A stretch of 64,000 bases of DNA. Source: Pelagomonas calceolata (lineage: Eukaryota). The stretch spans positions 682,001 through 746,000 of the forward strand of contig CAKKNE010000003.1 of assembly GCA_918797485.1 (NCBI GenBank). Reading direction: 5' to 3'. The notes below the pieces were generated by a model. It saw nothing but the letters and a program-made list of their open reading frames with translations, was not told the origin of the DNA and did no database searches. The stretch's first letter is position 1, and each line of letters starts with the position of its first letter. Shown here piece after piece: positions 22,395 to 32,691 of this stretch. The translations under genes and the position numbers were made by a program.

Positions 22395-23192
22395 TTACTC
22401 TTCGGACTTCCCCCCGGAGCCGCCATCCGCGACCCGGGAGAGGCTATTCCACAGGTCGACCAACTCCCGGGTCGGCGCGTCCAGCTGGTCCCGGTTCTTG
22501 CTCAGCTCGCGTATCTTCTCGACGTCGTCGTCGCTGCGGCTCCGCGCGAACTGCTTCCTGAGCTCCCGCTTGTCGTCATCGGAGAGCCGGCCGGAGTCAA
22601 CAAGCTTCCGCAGCCCCCGGAAGCGCCGCGCCGTGAGGATGGCATGCCTCTGGTCCTTCGTCGGCCCGTTATATCGAGAGTCGACGTCCACGCCCATGCG
22701 CCCCAGCTCCTCGAGCTCGTCGTCCATGAACCGGTAGCGCCAGTCGCCGCCGGGCCGGCGTCGCCGATAGAGCTGGTCGTCGCCGAACCCGACATCCCGA
22801 TAGAGCGGGTTCCGGACCAGCTCGGCAAGATCCTCGCCCTCGGCACGAATCAAAATGTCGGCGACCTCCATCCAGTCAGGCTCGCGCAGCGTGTGATCGA
22901 CGATTTCGTAGACGCGTCGAGGGACGCCGGTAACTACGACGAAGACGGAATAGACACACACGGCACCGAAGACGCCGAGCAGGACCCAGGTCCCCGCCAC
23001 GTGCACACCCTGGCCGGCGTTCAGGCGCGACCAGCGGAAGCCCTGCTGCCGCTCCGTCCAGCGAACCGCGTCATGCAGGGGCGAGCGGCGCGGTCGCGGT
23101 CGCGGCGGTCCCTTGTTACCCCGCGCCGACAGCGCGCGGCGCGGTGGTGGTCGTGGTCGTGGTCGTGGTCGTAGTGCGACGAGGCGCCTCAT
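22395..23192 (-). CDS. Mitochondrial-presequence single-TM hypothetical protein
   Basis: MRRLVALRPRPRPRPPPRRALS; TM WVLLGVFGAVCVYSVFVVV. Confidence 0.6.
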   Translation of the reverse strand: MRRLVALRPRPRPRPPPRRALSARGNKGPPRPRPRRSPLHDAVRWTERQQGFRWSRLNAGQGVHVAGTWVLLGVFGAVCVYSVFVVVTGVPRRVYEIVDHTLREPDWMEVADILIRAEGEDLAELVRNPLYRDVGFGDDQLYRRRRPGGDWRYRFMDDELEELGRMGVDVDSRYNGPTKDQRHAILTARRFRGLRKLVDSGRLSDDDKRELRKQFARSRSDDDVEKIRELSKNRDQLDAPTRELVDLWNSLSRVADGGSGGKSEE

Positions 23193-23194
23193 AA

Positions 23195-23406
23195 TCAATC
23201 GTTCGACTCGCCGAGGTCCTTCGGATCGAACCCCTGCCAGAAGTCCTGGTGGATCTGCTTCTGGTGGTCGGCGTCTCCCGCAAAAGCGTCGATCGGCAGC
23301 TCGAGCTCGATCTGCGAGCTCGGGTCCTGCTGCTGGACGAGGGCCGCGGCGGCCGCGGCGCCCTGGGCGGCCTGGACGGCTCTTACGCTCTCGGGGCCCG
23401 GTCCAT
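23195..23406 (-). CDS. Small acidic protein, possibly COPS9/CSNAP-like; exon structure uncertain
   Basis: C-terminus KQIHQDFWQGFDPKDL resembles COPS9 HADFFNDF; aaacaaaATG at 23406 needs a splice to reach this frame. Confidence 0.35.
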
Positions 23407-23749
23407 TTTGTTTTTGGGACCTGCGGCGGCGGGCGGTGATGTGTGCGCGGCGGCGGCCTCTCGCGGTGACGGGCGTGCCCCCGCTTTGGGTGCGGCGCGC
23501 GGTGCGGCGTGCGCGCGGGCAATTTGAGCGCAATGAGCGGTGCGGCGGCGCGGGTGGCGCCGCGACGGCTTCCCCTCGCAGCGCAATTTGAGCGCCGGCT
23601 TGACCAGAGCCCTTAAGGGGTCGCCGCGGGGCGCCGTTTTTTTGCTCAAGTCAACCGCTGGATGAATACGAGTAGAGGCGGCTGGAGCGGACGCGGGCTT
23701 GCGTGCTTTTACGTGCTTTACGGTGGCTAAAACTTGGCTGCTTGGCTTT

Positions 23750-23770
23750 CTAGTGTCTTACCGCCGCTAG
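23750..23770 (-). promoter_or_regulatory. CTAG-bounded promoter-region motif, copy 6
   Basis: CTAGTGTCTTACCGCCGCTAG, divergent intergenic. Confidence 0.65.
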
Positions 23771-23847
23771 CGTTATTGAGGACAGAGCGCCGCAGTGTTA
23801 GCCCCGTAGAACGGACCCGCAGGCGACTCAGCGGCTGGAAAGAGATT

Positions 23848-24340
23848 ATGCGTTGCTTATCTGTGCTTGCGGTTACGGTTGGCGCTTGCTCGGCTTTCGT
23901 GACGAGGCCTACACCGCTTGTTACTGCCAGGAGGCCCAACTCCGTGCCGCCGCCGCGGCGGTATGCGCCCGCGTCCGAGAGCAAGACGCCCGCGGGCACG
24001 CCATCAACGCGAGATCGTCCAAAAACACAAGAGCAGGCGGAACGAGCGACGCACGCGACAGACGCGCCGTCGGCGCGAGCGTCACGCGCACAAAACGCGC
24101 AGGTCCGTCGTCACGAACAGCCTCTTCGGCCTCGGCGCGCCGGAGCTCGTCGTCATTCTTGGGTTGGGCGCCTTCGTGCTCGGCCCGGACAAGCTCGCGA
24201 GCATGGCGAAGGACTTCGGGAAGGTGGCCGGCGAGCTCAAGGACGTGCCCAAGGAGTTCAAGGAGGGATTGGAGGAGGGCGAGGCCGCCAAGGCCGCGCG
24301 GGTCCTCGAGTCGGGCGAGAAGGAGGAGGAGTCGGCCTAG
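23848..24340 (+). CDS. tatA: Plastid twin-arginine translocase TatA/Tha4; intron 23961-24102
   Basis: Signal peptide ending CSA-F; LFGLGAPELVVILGLGAFVLGPDKL. Confidence 0.85.
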
Positions 24341-24488
24341 GTCCCAGGCGCTAGGTCGCTTAAACTGGTTGGTCTTCCGAGTCGTCGAGCCTGCCTAGAG
24401 AGCCTGCCACTGACTGGCAGTCGTGGTATCGCGGTGGGTTTCGAAGCCTGCCAGCCTGACTCGGAGTGGATTTCTTGAAATTTAGGTA

Positions 24489-25301
24489 TTACTGCTCTTC
24501 GGGCTCGGGCTCCGGCGTCGGCTCGGGGTCCTTCGACTCCTCACGGAGAGGCGGCGTCGCGGGCCGTCGCTTCACCGGCGACGGCTCCTCGACCTGCGTC
24601 AGATGGCTCAAATCCCCGTTCAACGCGTTCTCGAGATCTTCGAACGCCTGCTGCTGCATGACCTGAGTTTTTTTCAGTTTCTGGATCAGCTTCATCTCCT
24701 CGCGCTCCATGCGCGCGACCTCCTTCTCTCGTAACAGAGTTGCCTTTTCCTCCTCCTTCACTTTCCGTTCGTAAGCTTTTCTGTTTCTTTTCAGAATGCC
24801 CTGCATCTCTTGTTGTTTTCTCTCTCGCAATTTCGCTTCGTGTTCCTTCACTTCCGCGCGTTTCCGTTGCTTCTCGACGACGTCAGCGAGCTGTTCTGCC
24901 CTTATTTCATCCCGAGCCTGTGCGGCTTCGGAGCGAGCTTCTCGGACCTTGGCGAACTTGAGCTGCTGCACGTGCTGCATGGCGAGTTGCCTGTTTCTAC
25001 GCGCTTCCGCTTCACTTGCTTTATTTGCTTCGGCCTCGAGTTTTCGTCGCCGCTCGTTCCGTGCATGACGAGCCACCCTTTCAGAATGGTGGCGCTCGTG
25101 CTCGATGCGCACGGTCAGCACCTCCTGGGCCCGCTCCTTGGTCTTCTCGATCTTCTTGTAGGCCTTGCGCTCCTCTTTTTTCAGGAGCGCGATGCGATTG
25201 ACCAACAAGCGCTTGTCGTGCTCGGCCTGCTTCTTCTTCTGTTTGACGAGGAGCATCTTCGACTCGAAGTCGCTCTGCTCCGTGGCGACGGAGCGCGACA
25301 T
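24489..25301 (-). CDS. Coiled-coil hypothetical protein
   Basis: E/K/R-rich heptad-like 270-aa ORF. Confidence 0.7.
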   Translation of the reverse strand: MSRSVATEQSDFESKMLLVKQKKKQAEHDKRLLVNRIALLKKEERKAYKKIEKTKERAQEVLTVRIEHERHHSERVARHARNERRRKLEAEANKASEAEARRNRQLAMQHVQQLKFAKVREARSEAAQARDEIRAEQLADVVEKQRKRAEVKEHEAKLRERKQQEMQGILKRNRKAYERKVKEEEKATLLREKEVARMEREEMKLIQKLKKTQVMQQQAFEDLENALNGDLSHLTQVEEPSPVKRRPATPPLREESKDPEPTPEPEPEEQ

Positions 25302-25854
25302 GGTGGCTCGTTGCTCGCGGGAGGCTGCTCTGGGGTGGGGCTGCCCTTGCTCCCTGGCTGGTCTTGCGCGGCGCTACGTCCGAGAGGCGCTCGTGGTGTT
25401 CGTAGGAAACTGTGGAGCACTTGGGCGGCGGCGTGGGGCTGCCCCTCGTCGTTTCGTAGGCGTCCGGCTTGCGCCTCTGTCCCGCGTTGCGCCTCTGCCC
25501 AGGTCCGGGAGTTGCTGAGCCGGCGCCACGCTTCCGGCCGCCAGCCGTTACAAAGAGAGGACTCCTGTAGGATCTTTCGGAGGACTCGTGCAAAGCGAAA
25601 ACCCGACCCCGCACGATAGCGTCGTCACTGCCTCGCGGAGGCCGTTTTCGCGCATTGATTGCAGTGGCTTGCTGCGTAAACGAGTTGGTAGTGACGCTAC
25701 CGTGCTGCGCTACTGGCACGCAACTGCTTTTTGCAACAAGCAAGCGCCATCGTTGCGTACAACTAGCATCCAAGACAAGGCAGCCGTGTCACACCCACGC
25801 AATCGCGCGAGCAGCTCGCAATACAGTTCTGGATTAGCAGCAGCAGTGCAAGCG

Positions 25855-28317
25855 ATGCCGACGCGCCAGCAAAGCGCGCTCGGCCGCCTGATGCTAGCAG
25901 GCCTCGCCGTCCTGACGATCGTCGCGGGCTGGGCGAGGTATACCAATGCGAAACGAAAAGCAACCACCACGAGGATCCCGCCCTTTTCCACGTTACCAGC
26001 CCACTTCGCCCCACCAGAAAAAACGAGGTGGGGCCGCGGTTCGAGAGCGCCGTACCCGACGGGCGCCTACTGGCTCAACGCCGCGCTCGGGGACGTGCCC
26101 GTGCCGGCCACACCGTATCAAGTCGCAATTACCCCAAAGGGCGCGCAGCTCTCCTACGGGTTTAAGCGACGGCGGGCAACATCTGAAGCGCAGCTCGACC
26201 CGTTCGGGGTCGACTGGTTCCTGCAGCCCGTTTCAGATGGTGGGGACGCGGCGACGGTCGCTTCTGAGGCCGCATCGAGGGTCAAGAAAGTCGAGGCCGA
26301 GGCGGGCGGTTTTTTCGTGGCTTCTGGGGATGCGTTGTACGGCTACTCGAATCGAACGCAGAACGCGACTCTAGAAAGGCGGTCCGCTCTTGGTGCTACT
26401 GCGGACTACGGTGGCGTTGGTGTGGTATTATGCAAGGGCTCTCCCCTGGTAGCGGTCGAGCTCGACAAAGGTAAAAGTGTGGTACTAGCGCCGGGCGGCG
26501 CGGGCGGCGGTCAAGCCGGCCGCATCACGAGTGTCGAGATGAAGGACGATATCCGACTCGTCACGCTCAAGGACTCGTCACAGTGGGTCTTGGTGTCGCT
26601 CGGCTGCGACGTCTCATTATCGTCAAAGGGCGAGGCCTTCGGCGTCACCGCATCTTCGAGTGCTTGTGTCGTGCGTATTGGGATCGCCCCTTCATCAAAG
26701 GAGGACTGGTCCATGTTACGGAAAGCCGCAACGACGTATAGTGTCGGCGGCGCGCCGGCTTTTGATTTGAACGGCCCGGACCCGGGCACGTACCACTTGA
26801 GGTGGGACAAGCGAGGCGACGGTGACTTGTACATGCTCGCGGCGCCGCACCACGTCTCTACATTAGTAGATTCATCTGTGGACGAAGGGCGGAGCTACTT
26901 AACGGGAGCCAAGGGCACGATGCATTGGTTCAAGGGTGATGGATGGAAATTACGAGAAGCCCTACCGGACGTGTCGCTAGCTTCGGCGTCGTTCCGGGAC
27001 GGACGCGTCGATCGAGACACGCTGACAACCATCAAGCAGCAGTGCGAGAGAGATGTGAGAAGGCCGCACCGGACGAGATCTTCTGGTAGAGGAGCCTACG
27101 GCGCGTTGTACTTCGAGGGCAAGGAACTTGGAAGACTAGCGAGACTAGCCCTGGTCTGCGCCGACGCGGGAAGTGACGAGGCCTCCCAAAAAGCGACAAA
27201 TGACCTCGCGACGCGTTTATCAAGGTGGCTCGCGAGGGATGATGTCGTGGGGAGAGACAAGACCTGGGGCGGCACCGTCGCTCGATCCGGATATCCTATA
27301 AATAGCACAGTAGGCGCGACGGGCGACTCCTTCGCGGACTTTGGCAATGCCCTTTTCAGCGACCATCATTTTCAATTTGGCTACTACGCCTATGCTGCCG
27401 CTGTGGTCAAAGCATTACACGTAGATGGTGCACGCCTCATCGACGAGTGGCGGCCGCGTTTGGACGCTTTGGTGCTTGATTACGCGAACCCGCCGCGAGG
27501 CTATCAATCATACGCTCGGGCGTTTCCGGAGCACGGGCGCCACAAGGACTGGTACGACGGCCACTCCTGGGCGACGGGTCTCGTAGCTTACCCGACCGGG
27601 AAATCCCAAGAAAGTTCTTCGGAGGCGGCGCACGGCTACTTAGGTGCGGCCCTGTATGGCGAAGCGATCCACGACGCTTCCTTGGCGGCGTGGGGTCGAC
27701 TGTGCCTGGCGACGGAAGTGAGGGGCGCGCAGACGTACTGGCGCATGGACCCTTCTTCGGACGTGTATGATCCCGCCTTCGCCGTCAACCGGGTAGCGGG
27801 CGGCGTGGCCGGCGGCGCGGCGGTAGCGACGACGTGGTTCGGGAGCAACCCGGAGTACGTCCACGGCATCAATTGTTTGCCGGTACTTACCGGTTTGACG
27901 GATTTGCTGATTGACGGCGAGGACGCGTGTGCCGAGGCGCCGATTTTGACCCAAGCTTTGGCGCGGAAACACAAGCCCGTGGAGCCCGCGTGGCGCGGCT
28001 TCGCCGTCGCCTCACTAGCCGCCGCGTCGCCCGACGAGGCCTGGGCCGAAGCCGTCGAACTCGACGAGGCCAAGTTCGACGACGGCGCGTCCAAAGCTAA
28101 CTTACTGCACTGGGTCGCCGCCTCAAAGGCCATGGGCCCGGCGCCGGCCTGCGGCGACGTCGAAGCGTCGAACGCGACGGAGCTGCCCTGGAACGCTTCT
28201 GACGTGGCCGACCAGACGTGCGACGGCAACCTGGCGTGTGCGGCTTTGGGCCTGAGCGGATTCTGCTGCCCGCAGGCGGACGGCTACATGTTCGGGTGCT
28301 GTCCCGTGCTCAAGTAG
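25855..28317 (+). CDS. GH81 endo-1,3-beta-glucanase with N-terminal TM and C-terminal Cys-rich module
   Basis: DFGNALFSDHHFQFGY, KDWYDGHSWA, QESSSEA, TTWFG...HGI. Confidence 0.9.
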   Translation: MPTRQQSALGRLMLAGLAVLTIVAGWARYTNAKRKATTTRIPPFSTLPAHFAPPEKTRWGRGSRAPYPTGAYWLNAALGDVPVPATPYQVAITPKGAQLSYGFKRRRATSEAQLDPFGVDWFLQPVSDGGDAATVASEAASRVKKVEAEAGGFFVASGDALYGYSNRTQNATLERRSALGATADYGGVGVVLCKGSPLVAVELDKGKSVVLAPGGAGGGQAGRITSVEMKDDIRLVTLKDSSQWVLVSLGCDVSLSSKGEAFGVTASSSACVVRIGIAPSSKEDWSMLRKAATTYSVGGAPAFDLNGPDPGTYHLRWDKRGDGDLYMLAAPHHVSTLVDSSVDEGRSYLTGAKGTMHWFKGDGWKLREALPDVSLASASFRDGRVDRDTLTTIKQQCERDVRRPHRTRSSGRGAYGALYFEGKELGRLARLALVCADAGSDEASQKATNDLATRLSRWLARDDVVGRDKTWGGTVARSGYPINSTVGATGDSFADFGNALFSDHHFQFGYYAYAAAVVKALHVDGARLIDEWRPRLDALVLDYANPPRGYQSYARAFPEHGRHKDWYDGHSWATGLVAYPTGKSQESSSEAAHGYLGAALYGEAIHDASLAAWGRLCLATEVRGAQTYWRMDPSSDVYDPAFAVNRVAGGVAGGAAVATTWFGSNPEYVHGINCLPVLTGLTDLLIDGEDACAEAPILTQALARKHKPVEPAWRGFAVASLAAASPDEAWAEAVELDEAKFDDGASKANLLHWVAASKAMGPAPACGDVEASNATELPWNASDVADQTCDGNLACAALGLSGFCCPQADGYMFGCCPVLK

Positions 28318-28445
28318 GTTTATCTTAACTTCGTATATTATCTATAATCTATCATTATCTATGGCCGCGGTGAACCAACGCCTAAAAGTAGGGCTGGGCC
28401 ATTAGTTAACTATATCTATCAATCGTAACAATACCGGAAAACGAG

Positions 28446-28540
28446 TCAGGGCGACGCCCCGCCCCAGAACGGGCTCCGCGCCTTCGAGTCCGAGCCCGAG
28501 CGCGTGAGCTCGATCTCCGTCGGGCCCGACCCGCCCGATC
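28446..28540 (-). pseudogene. Orphan 3' tail of a minus-strand gene
   Basis: SGGSGPTEIELTRSGSDSKARSPFWGGASP*, coding-like codons, AT-rich 3' flank; stop codon immediately upstream at the junction. Confidence 0.45.
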
Positions 28541-29015
28541 AGCAGAAAGAATAATCACCGTGCAGAACAATCTTGCGATCACGTATGGAGCGCTTGGACG
28601 GCTCGAAGATGCCGCGCCGATGCATCGAGACGTATACTCTGGACGGTTGAAGCTTCACGGCGAACAACATCCACGAACCCTTACTGCAGCCAACAACTAC
28701 GCGACGTCCCTTCTGGATCTACAGCGCTACGCAGAAGCTAAGCTACTGCTGCGCAAGATTGTGCCCGTGACACGGCGCGTTCTCGGAGAGAGTCATGAGT
28801 GTACGCTCAAGATGAGATGCTTATACGCGGTGGCGCTCTTTCCGGACCCCGCCGCCACGCTCGATGATCTCCGCGAGGCCGTGACGGCACTTGAGGACAC
28901 GGTACGGACCGCGCGGCGCGTGCTTGGAATATCGCATCCGCTGTTACGGACGATGGAGGGGAAGTTGCAAATCGCGCGAGCCGTGCTCCGCCGCCGCGAG
29001 ACTAGCAATGTGTAA
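28539..29015 (+). pseudogene. 5'-truncated TPR (kinesin light chain-like) protein
   Basis: VQNNLAITY, HGEQHPRTLTAANNYA, RRVLG..HP repeats; starts mid-repeat. Confidence 0.7.
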
Positions 29016-29019
29016 GCAC

Positions 29020-30138
29020 CTATGAAACCCCCTTCGACGCATTCCTCAACCCGGCACCGAGGCACGTCGCCCGGACCACTCCCTCCTCCTGCGCCAATCG
29101 GAACGTCACCCCTAAAAACTTCTTGACCAGGCGGAGTTGAGAAATCGCGCGCGCCGTCAGCGGCCCGAGCACACAGCTCGAGGCGTCGTCGGCGCCGCAG
29201 GCCATCAGCGTTAGTAGTAACGGTTGGGTGGCGGCGTCGACGCAGCCGCCGCTCTTCACCTCCGCAACTAAAGCGCGTGCCGCGCCCTCACCTAAAGCCT
29301 CGGGCGACGCGTCGCCTTCCATGCTGGCGGCGTCGCGCTCCGCCCCTCTCGCCAAAGCATCGTTCTCCGCGATCAATACGATGCCGACGCCCGCGACGGG
29401 GGCACAGTCGCGCTGCGCCGACGCGTCCGTCGCGACGCGCACGTCGACGTGCAGGGGCTCGAGGAACTCTCGAGCTGCTGCCGCGCACCTGTTTGCTAAC
29501 GCCGGCGCGCATCTGGTCGCGTAGGCCACGCCCCGGACTCGTTTCGTTTGTGAGGGCGCGTCCAAGTCGACCGGGTCCAGCGTCCTCACGCAGGGACACC
29601 TGAGTACGACGGACCCGGCCTGCTTCGTCCAGTCCCGCTTCTTGTCCCGTGTCACGGCTTCCCTCCTCTCCACGTCGATGGCGCAGCCTTTACAGCCAAA
29701 TTTGTCTAGTAGAGGCGCCGCGATCTTCGACAACGCGTCGGCGGACCGCGCTTTGTCGTTGCCACAAGTCACACCCTTCAGCGTCAAGCGAAGCGGTTTC
29801 GCGCCGAAGGGCGCGAGCGGGAGAAGAGCCGACAGGAACCAGCCGATGGGTCGTCCGGACGGACCGCAGTCGTGTTCAATGGAACCACCGCACAAGGTTC
29901 CTGGGCTGTATCTTAGCGTGGTGCCCGTCTCGTCTATACTTATACGAGACCCGCTCGTGAGCTTGTCCAAGAGGCGCACGAAGCTCGCTTCGTCGCCGCG
30001 CAGGCCCGGCCGCTCCGCGTCGGCCCGGAGCCGTCGTATCTCGACCGGTCTTCGTGCTAACGTGGCGAGTACTAGCCTACTGCGCAGGTCGCGCGCGCCT
30101 GCTAATCGGAGGGGCGGTCTCGTGCTGCTGCTGGACAT
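29020..30138 (-). CDS. RCL1: RNA 3'-terminal phosphate cyclase-like protein
   Basis: RLVLATLA, PGLRGDEASFVRLLDKLTSGS, LAPFGAKPL, GGCVD...Q. Confidence 0.85.
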   Translation of the reverse strand: MSSSSTRPPLRLAGARDLRSRLVLATLARRPVEIRRLRADAERPGLRGDEASFVRLLDKLTSGSRISIDETGTTLRYSPGTLCGGSIEHDCGPSGRPIGWFLSALLPLAPFGAKPLRLTLKGVTCGNDKARSADALSKIAAPLLDKFGCKGCAIDVERREAVTRDKKRDWTKQAGSVVLRCPCVRTLDPVDLDAPSQTKRVRGVAYATRCAPALANRCAAAAREFLEPLHVDVRVATDASAQRDCAPVAGVGIVLIAENDALARGAERDAASMEGDASPEALGEGAARALVAEVKSGGCVDAATQPLLLTLMACGADDASSCVLGPLTARAISQLRLVKKFLGVTFRLAQEEGVVRATCLGAGLRNASKGVS

Positions 30139-30294
30139 TGTAGTTGCTGCAGGGTGCCTTGCGCGGCGGAGGCGTAATGCGTGACGCTGTCGCTTGCAGG
30201 CCAGCAAATGATGCTTGATACCGATCACCACGGAGCTTTGGGGGAGCAATAACAAGCTACAGACGAACTAGAGCCCAAAAACTCATCGCCGTTG

Positions 30295-30314
30295 CTAGCG
30301 CATAAGACCACTAG
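30295..30314 (+). promoter_or_regulatory. CTAG-bounded promoter-region motif, copy 7
   Basis: CTAGCGCATAAGACCACTAG between divergent RCL1 and AMPK beta. Confidence 0.6.
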
Positions 30315-30613
30315 CAAGCAGCAGCAACTCGGTGCAGAGGCCCGTACAGGCTTCCCGAGCGACCTTACGGCGGCCCCAGAAGTCGCATATATACAGCGGA
30401 GGACGTAGAAGCTGCCGCCGTGCCCTTACGTTCCGCGCCGACGCGTACAGCTGTACTCCAAGGTCGGTGCACTGGGGCGTTGCTTTGCCCGCGTGCCGCC
30501 GATACGCCGTCGCCGAGGCCCTAAAACGGTCCTTCGGGCAAGCCTAGACCATCTGTTTTCCCCGCGCGCCGGCCCGACACCGTCGCCGCGACCCTAAAAG
30601 CACGACGTAGGCC

Positions 30614-31402
30614 ATGGGCAACCAGTGGGCCAAGGAGGTCGGCGGCGAGCTGCCGCCCGGCTCGCGGCCGCGCCCCGAGAACGCGCCCATCCCGCCGACG
30701 GGGCAGCGGCCCGTATCGGACCGACCTAGAGCTGTCGCGCCGGGGCCCGCTACAAGTCCAAGACCACCCGAGGCACCAACCCCACCCAACAGAGGACAAC
30801 CGATGGACGTCGACCAGTCAAGTACAAACGACGACGAGGAAGAAGTCCCGACCGTATTTAGGTGGGAGCACGGCGGGAGACAGGTTTTTGTGACGGGCAC
30901 GTTCAACGACTGGACCGCACAAATCCCGATGCATCGGAGCGGCAACGATTTCACGTATATCCACAATCTGAAGAAGGGTAAACATGCCTTCAAGTTCGTC
31001 GTCGACGACGAGTGGCGCTTCGCTCCCGATCAACCTACAGTAGCAGATATAGAAGGCCGCATCAACAATTTTATTGACGTGACGGATTTCGACGCGTACA
31101 CTGGTGATGAGAACTTTTTGGAGCGGCGAGGCGCCGTGAAAGATGACGACGAGAAGTATACTCGCGAAATTCCGGACTTGGACGAGTACACGAAGGATCC
31201 TCCACCGCTGCCACCGCATTTGAGACATATCATCCTGAACAAAGCACCACCTTCTGGGGATCCGAATGCTCTGCCCGTGCCCCAGCATGTCGCTTTGAAT
31301 CACTTATATTGCACGGCCATCAAGGACGGCATGATGGTGCTGGGCGTTACTCTTCGCTATCGGCAGAAGGCGTGCACGACCGTGTACTACTCCGTTTCTT
31401 GA
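30614..31402 (+). CDS. SNF1/AMPK beta subunit
   Basis: MGN myristoylation site, CBM48 (PTVFRWEHGG, KFVVDDEW), ASC domain (PPPLPPHL, HVALNHLY). Confidence 0.92.
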   Translation: MGNQWAKEVGGELPPGSRPRPENAPIPPTGQRPVSDRPRAVAPGPATSPRPPEAPTPPNRGQPMDVDQSSTNDDEEEVPTVFRWEHGGRQVFVTGTFNDWTAQIPMHRSGNDFTYIHNLKKGKHAFKFVVDDEWRFAPDQPTVADIEGRINNFIDVTDFDAYTGDENFLERRGAVKDDDEKYTREIPDLDEYTKDPPPLPPHLRHIILNKAPPSGDPNALPVPQHVALNHLYCTAIKDGMMVLGVTLRYRQKACTTVYYSVS

Positions 31403-31424
31403 TCAGTAAGTTTAGTAGTCTATT

Positions 31425-32168
31425 CTAGCTCGAGTTGGCGACCGTGATGCGCGTAGTGATCGTCGCGCGACAGTTGGGGCACTCGGCGAGCGCGGCGGCG
31501 CACGTCGAGCACACGAGGAGGTGGTTGCATACACGAGGAGGTTCACACACGAGTAGGACGGCGCGCGGGCGCTCCATGCACACGATGCACTCGTTTCGGT
31601 CCTGCGCCTCGTCGCGCTCGCGCATCGCGTCGTCGCGCTCGCGCGTCACCTTCGCGAGTGCGACCTTGAGCTCGCCGACGCTGGGCGCCTTCACGCGACC
31701 GCACGTGTGCGCGCGATGCTTGCCCTGGCACGCCGGACAACCTGATTGCGATTGCGCGCGCGACGCGGGAGTCGCGCGACGTGACTTCCCGTAGCGCGAG
31801 CCGCACGAAGCGCATAAAGTACCGGGGCCCTTCGGACCCCTGCACCGTCCGCCACGCCGATCTTCTTGCGGGCGCCCGCACGAATCGCACTTCCAGTCCG
31901 TAGGTTGCGGGCCCTCCTCGCCTCTGCGGAAGCGTTGTCCGCACTTGTCGCACAACGTCTTCGCACCCTTCGGCCCCCAGCGCAATTTGCAGGTCTTCCC
32001 TTGCGAACACCCGCACCAGTCGCAGTGCCAATCAGGCGCCCGTCGACCGGCGCTGATTGGCTTCTGCTTTGATTTTGACTCTTTTTTTGAGCTAGACTTG
32101 GCAGGCGCCGCCTTCCGACCGCGGCGACCGCCGCGACCCGCGTCCTTGCCCCCGGCGCGGGTCCTCAT
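31425..32168 (-). CDS. Protein with two GATA-type zinc fingers and a C-terminal RING; 5' end uncertain
   Basis: CxxC...RxGPKGxxTLCxxCG twice; CIVCMERPR...CNHLLVCSTC...CPNCR. Confidence 0.8.
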   Translation of the reverse strand: MRTRAGGKDAGRGGRRGRKAAPAKSSSKKESKSKQKPISAGRRAPDWHCDWCGCSQGKTCKLRWGPKGAKTLCDKCGQRFRRGEEGPQPTDWKCDSCGRPQEDRRGGRCRGPKGPGTLCASCGSRYGKSRRATPASRAQSQSGCPACQGKHRAHTCGRVKAPSVGELKVALAKVTRERDDAMRERDEAQDRNECIVCMERPRAVLLVCEPPRVCNHLLVCSTCAAALAECPNCRATITTRITVANSS

Positions 32169-32195
32169 ACGCGCGTTGCTCACTCGACACAATAG

Positions 32196-32654
32196 GTTAG
32201 GAACGGCCACCACGCGCATCCGACGTCTGAAACGGAGGCGAACCAGCAGCGGTCCACAAAACCGCACCTGAACGCGAGCGGCATCAGCCACTATATTGGT
32301 TTGGAGATCACAGCCCGCCAAAAAGCGGAAAAGGCGTTCGCAAGCTACTGCGGCGCCGAGGATGCAAGGAGTAGAATCCACTACTACGAGGACTTAGTTG
32401 ACGGCGCGCCCGGCTCTGATAAGGCGTGGGCCCTCGTTCTGAAGCAGCTACGAACGTCACCTATCTCTACTACGACGAGTGCGAACTTCACGATCATCCG
32501 CGGGAAACGGCCTCCGCTCGACTCCGTCGCGAATCCGGACGAAGTTCGAAAAGCGCTGGCGAATTCGAGGCACGCCTGGATGCTCGAGGAGAAGGACATG
32601 TTTGATCGTCTGAAATCAACACATGCGCATAGCCCGCCGCCGCGCGACCCGTAA
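32196..32654 (+). pseudogene. 3' part of a Stf0/NodH-like sulfotransferase
   Basis: HHAH...HYYEDLV...SVANPDEVRKAL...WML; preceded by acceptor-like ctcactcgacacaatag, no upstream exon. Confidence 0.5.
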
Positions 32655-32691
32655 CTTATTATTACCACCACACAAATAAAGACCCATAAAG

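Noticed and set aside
23145..23172. (ggtcgt)n run resembling a telomeric repeat
   Set aside because: Encodes RPRPRP in a presequence; short and internal
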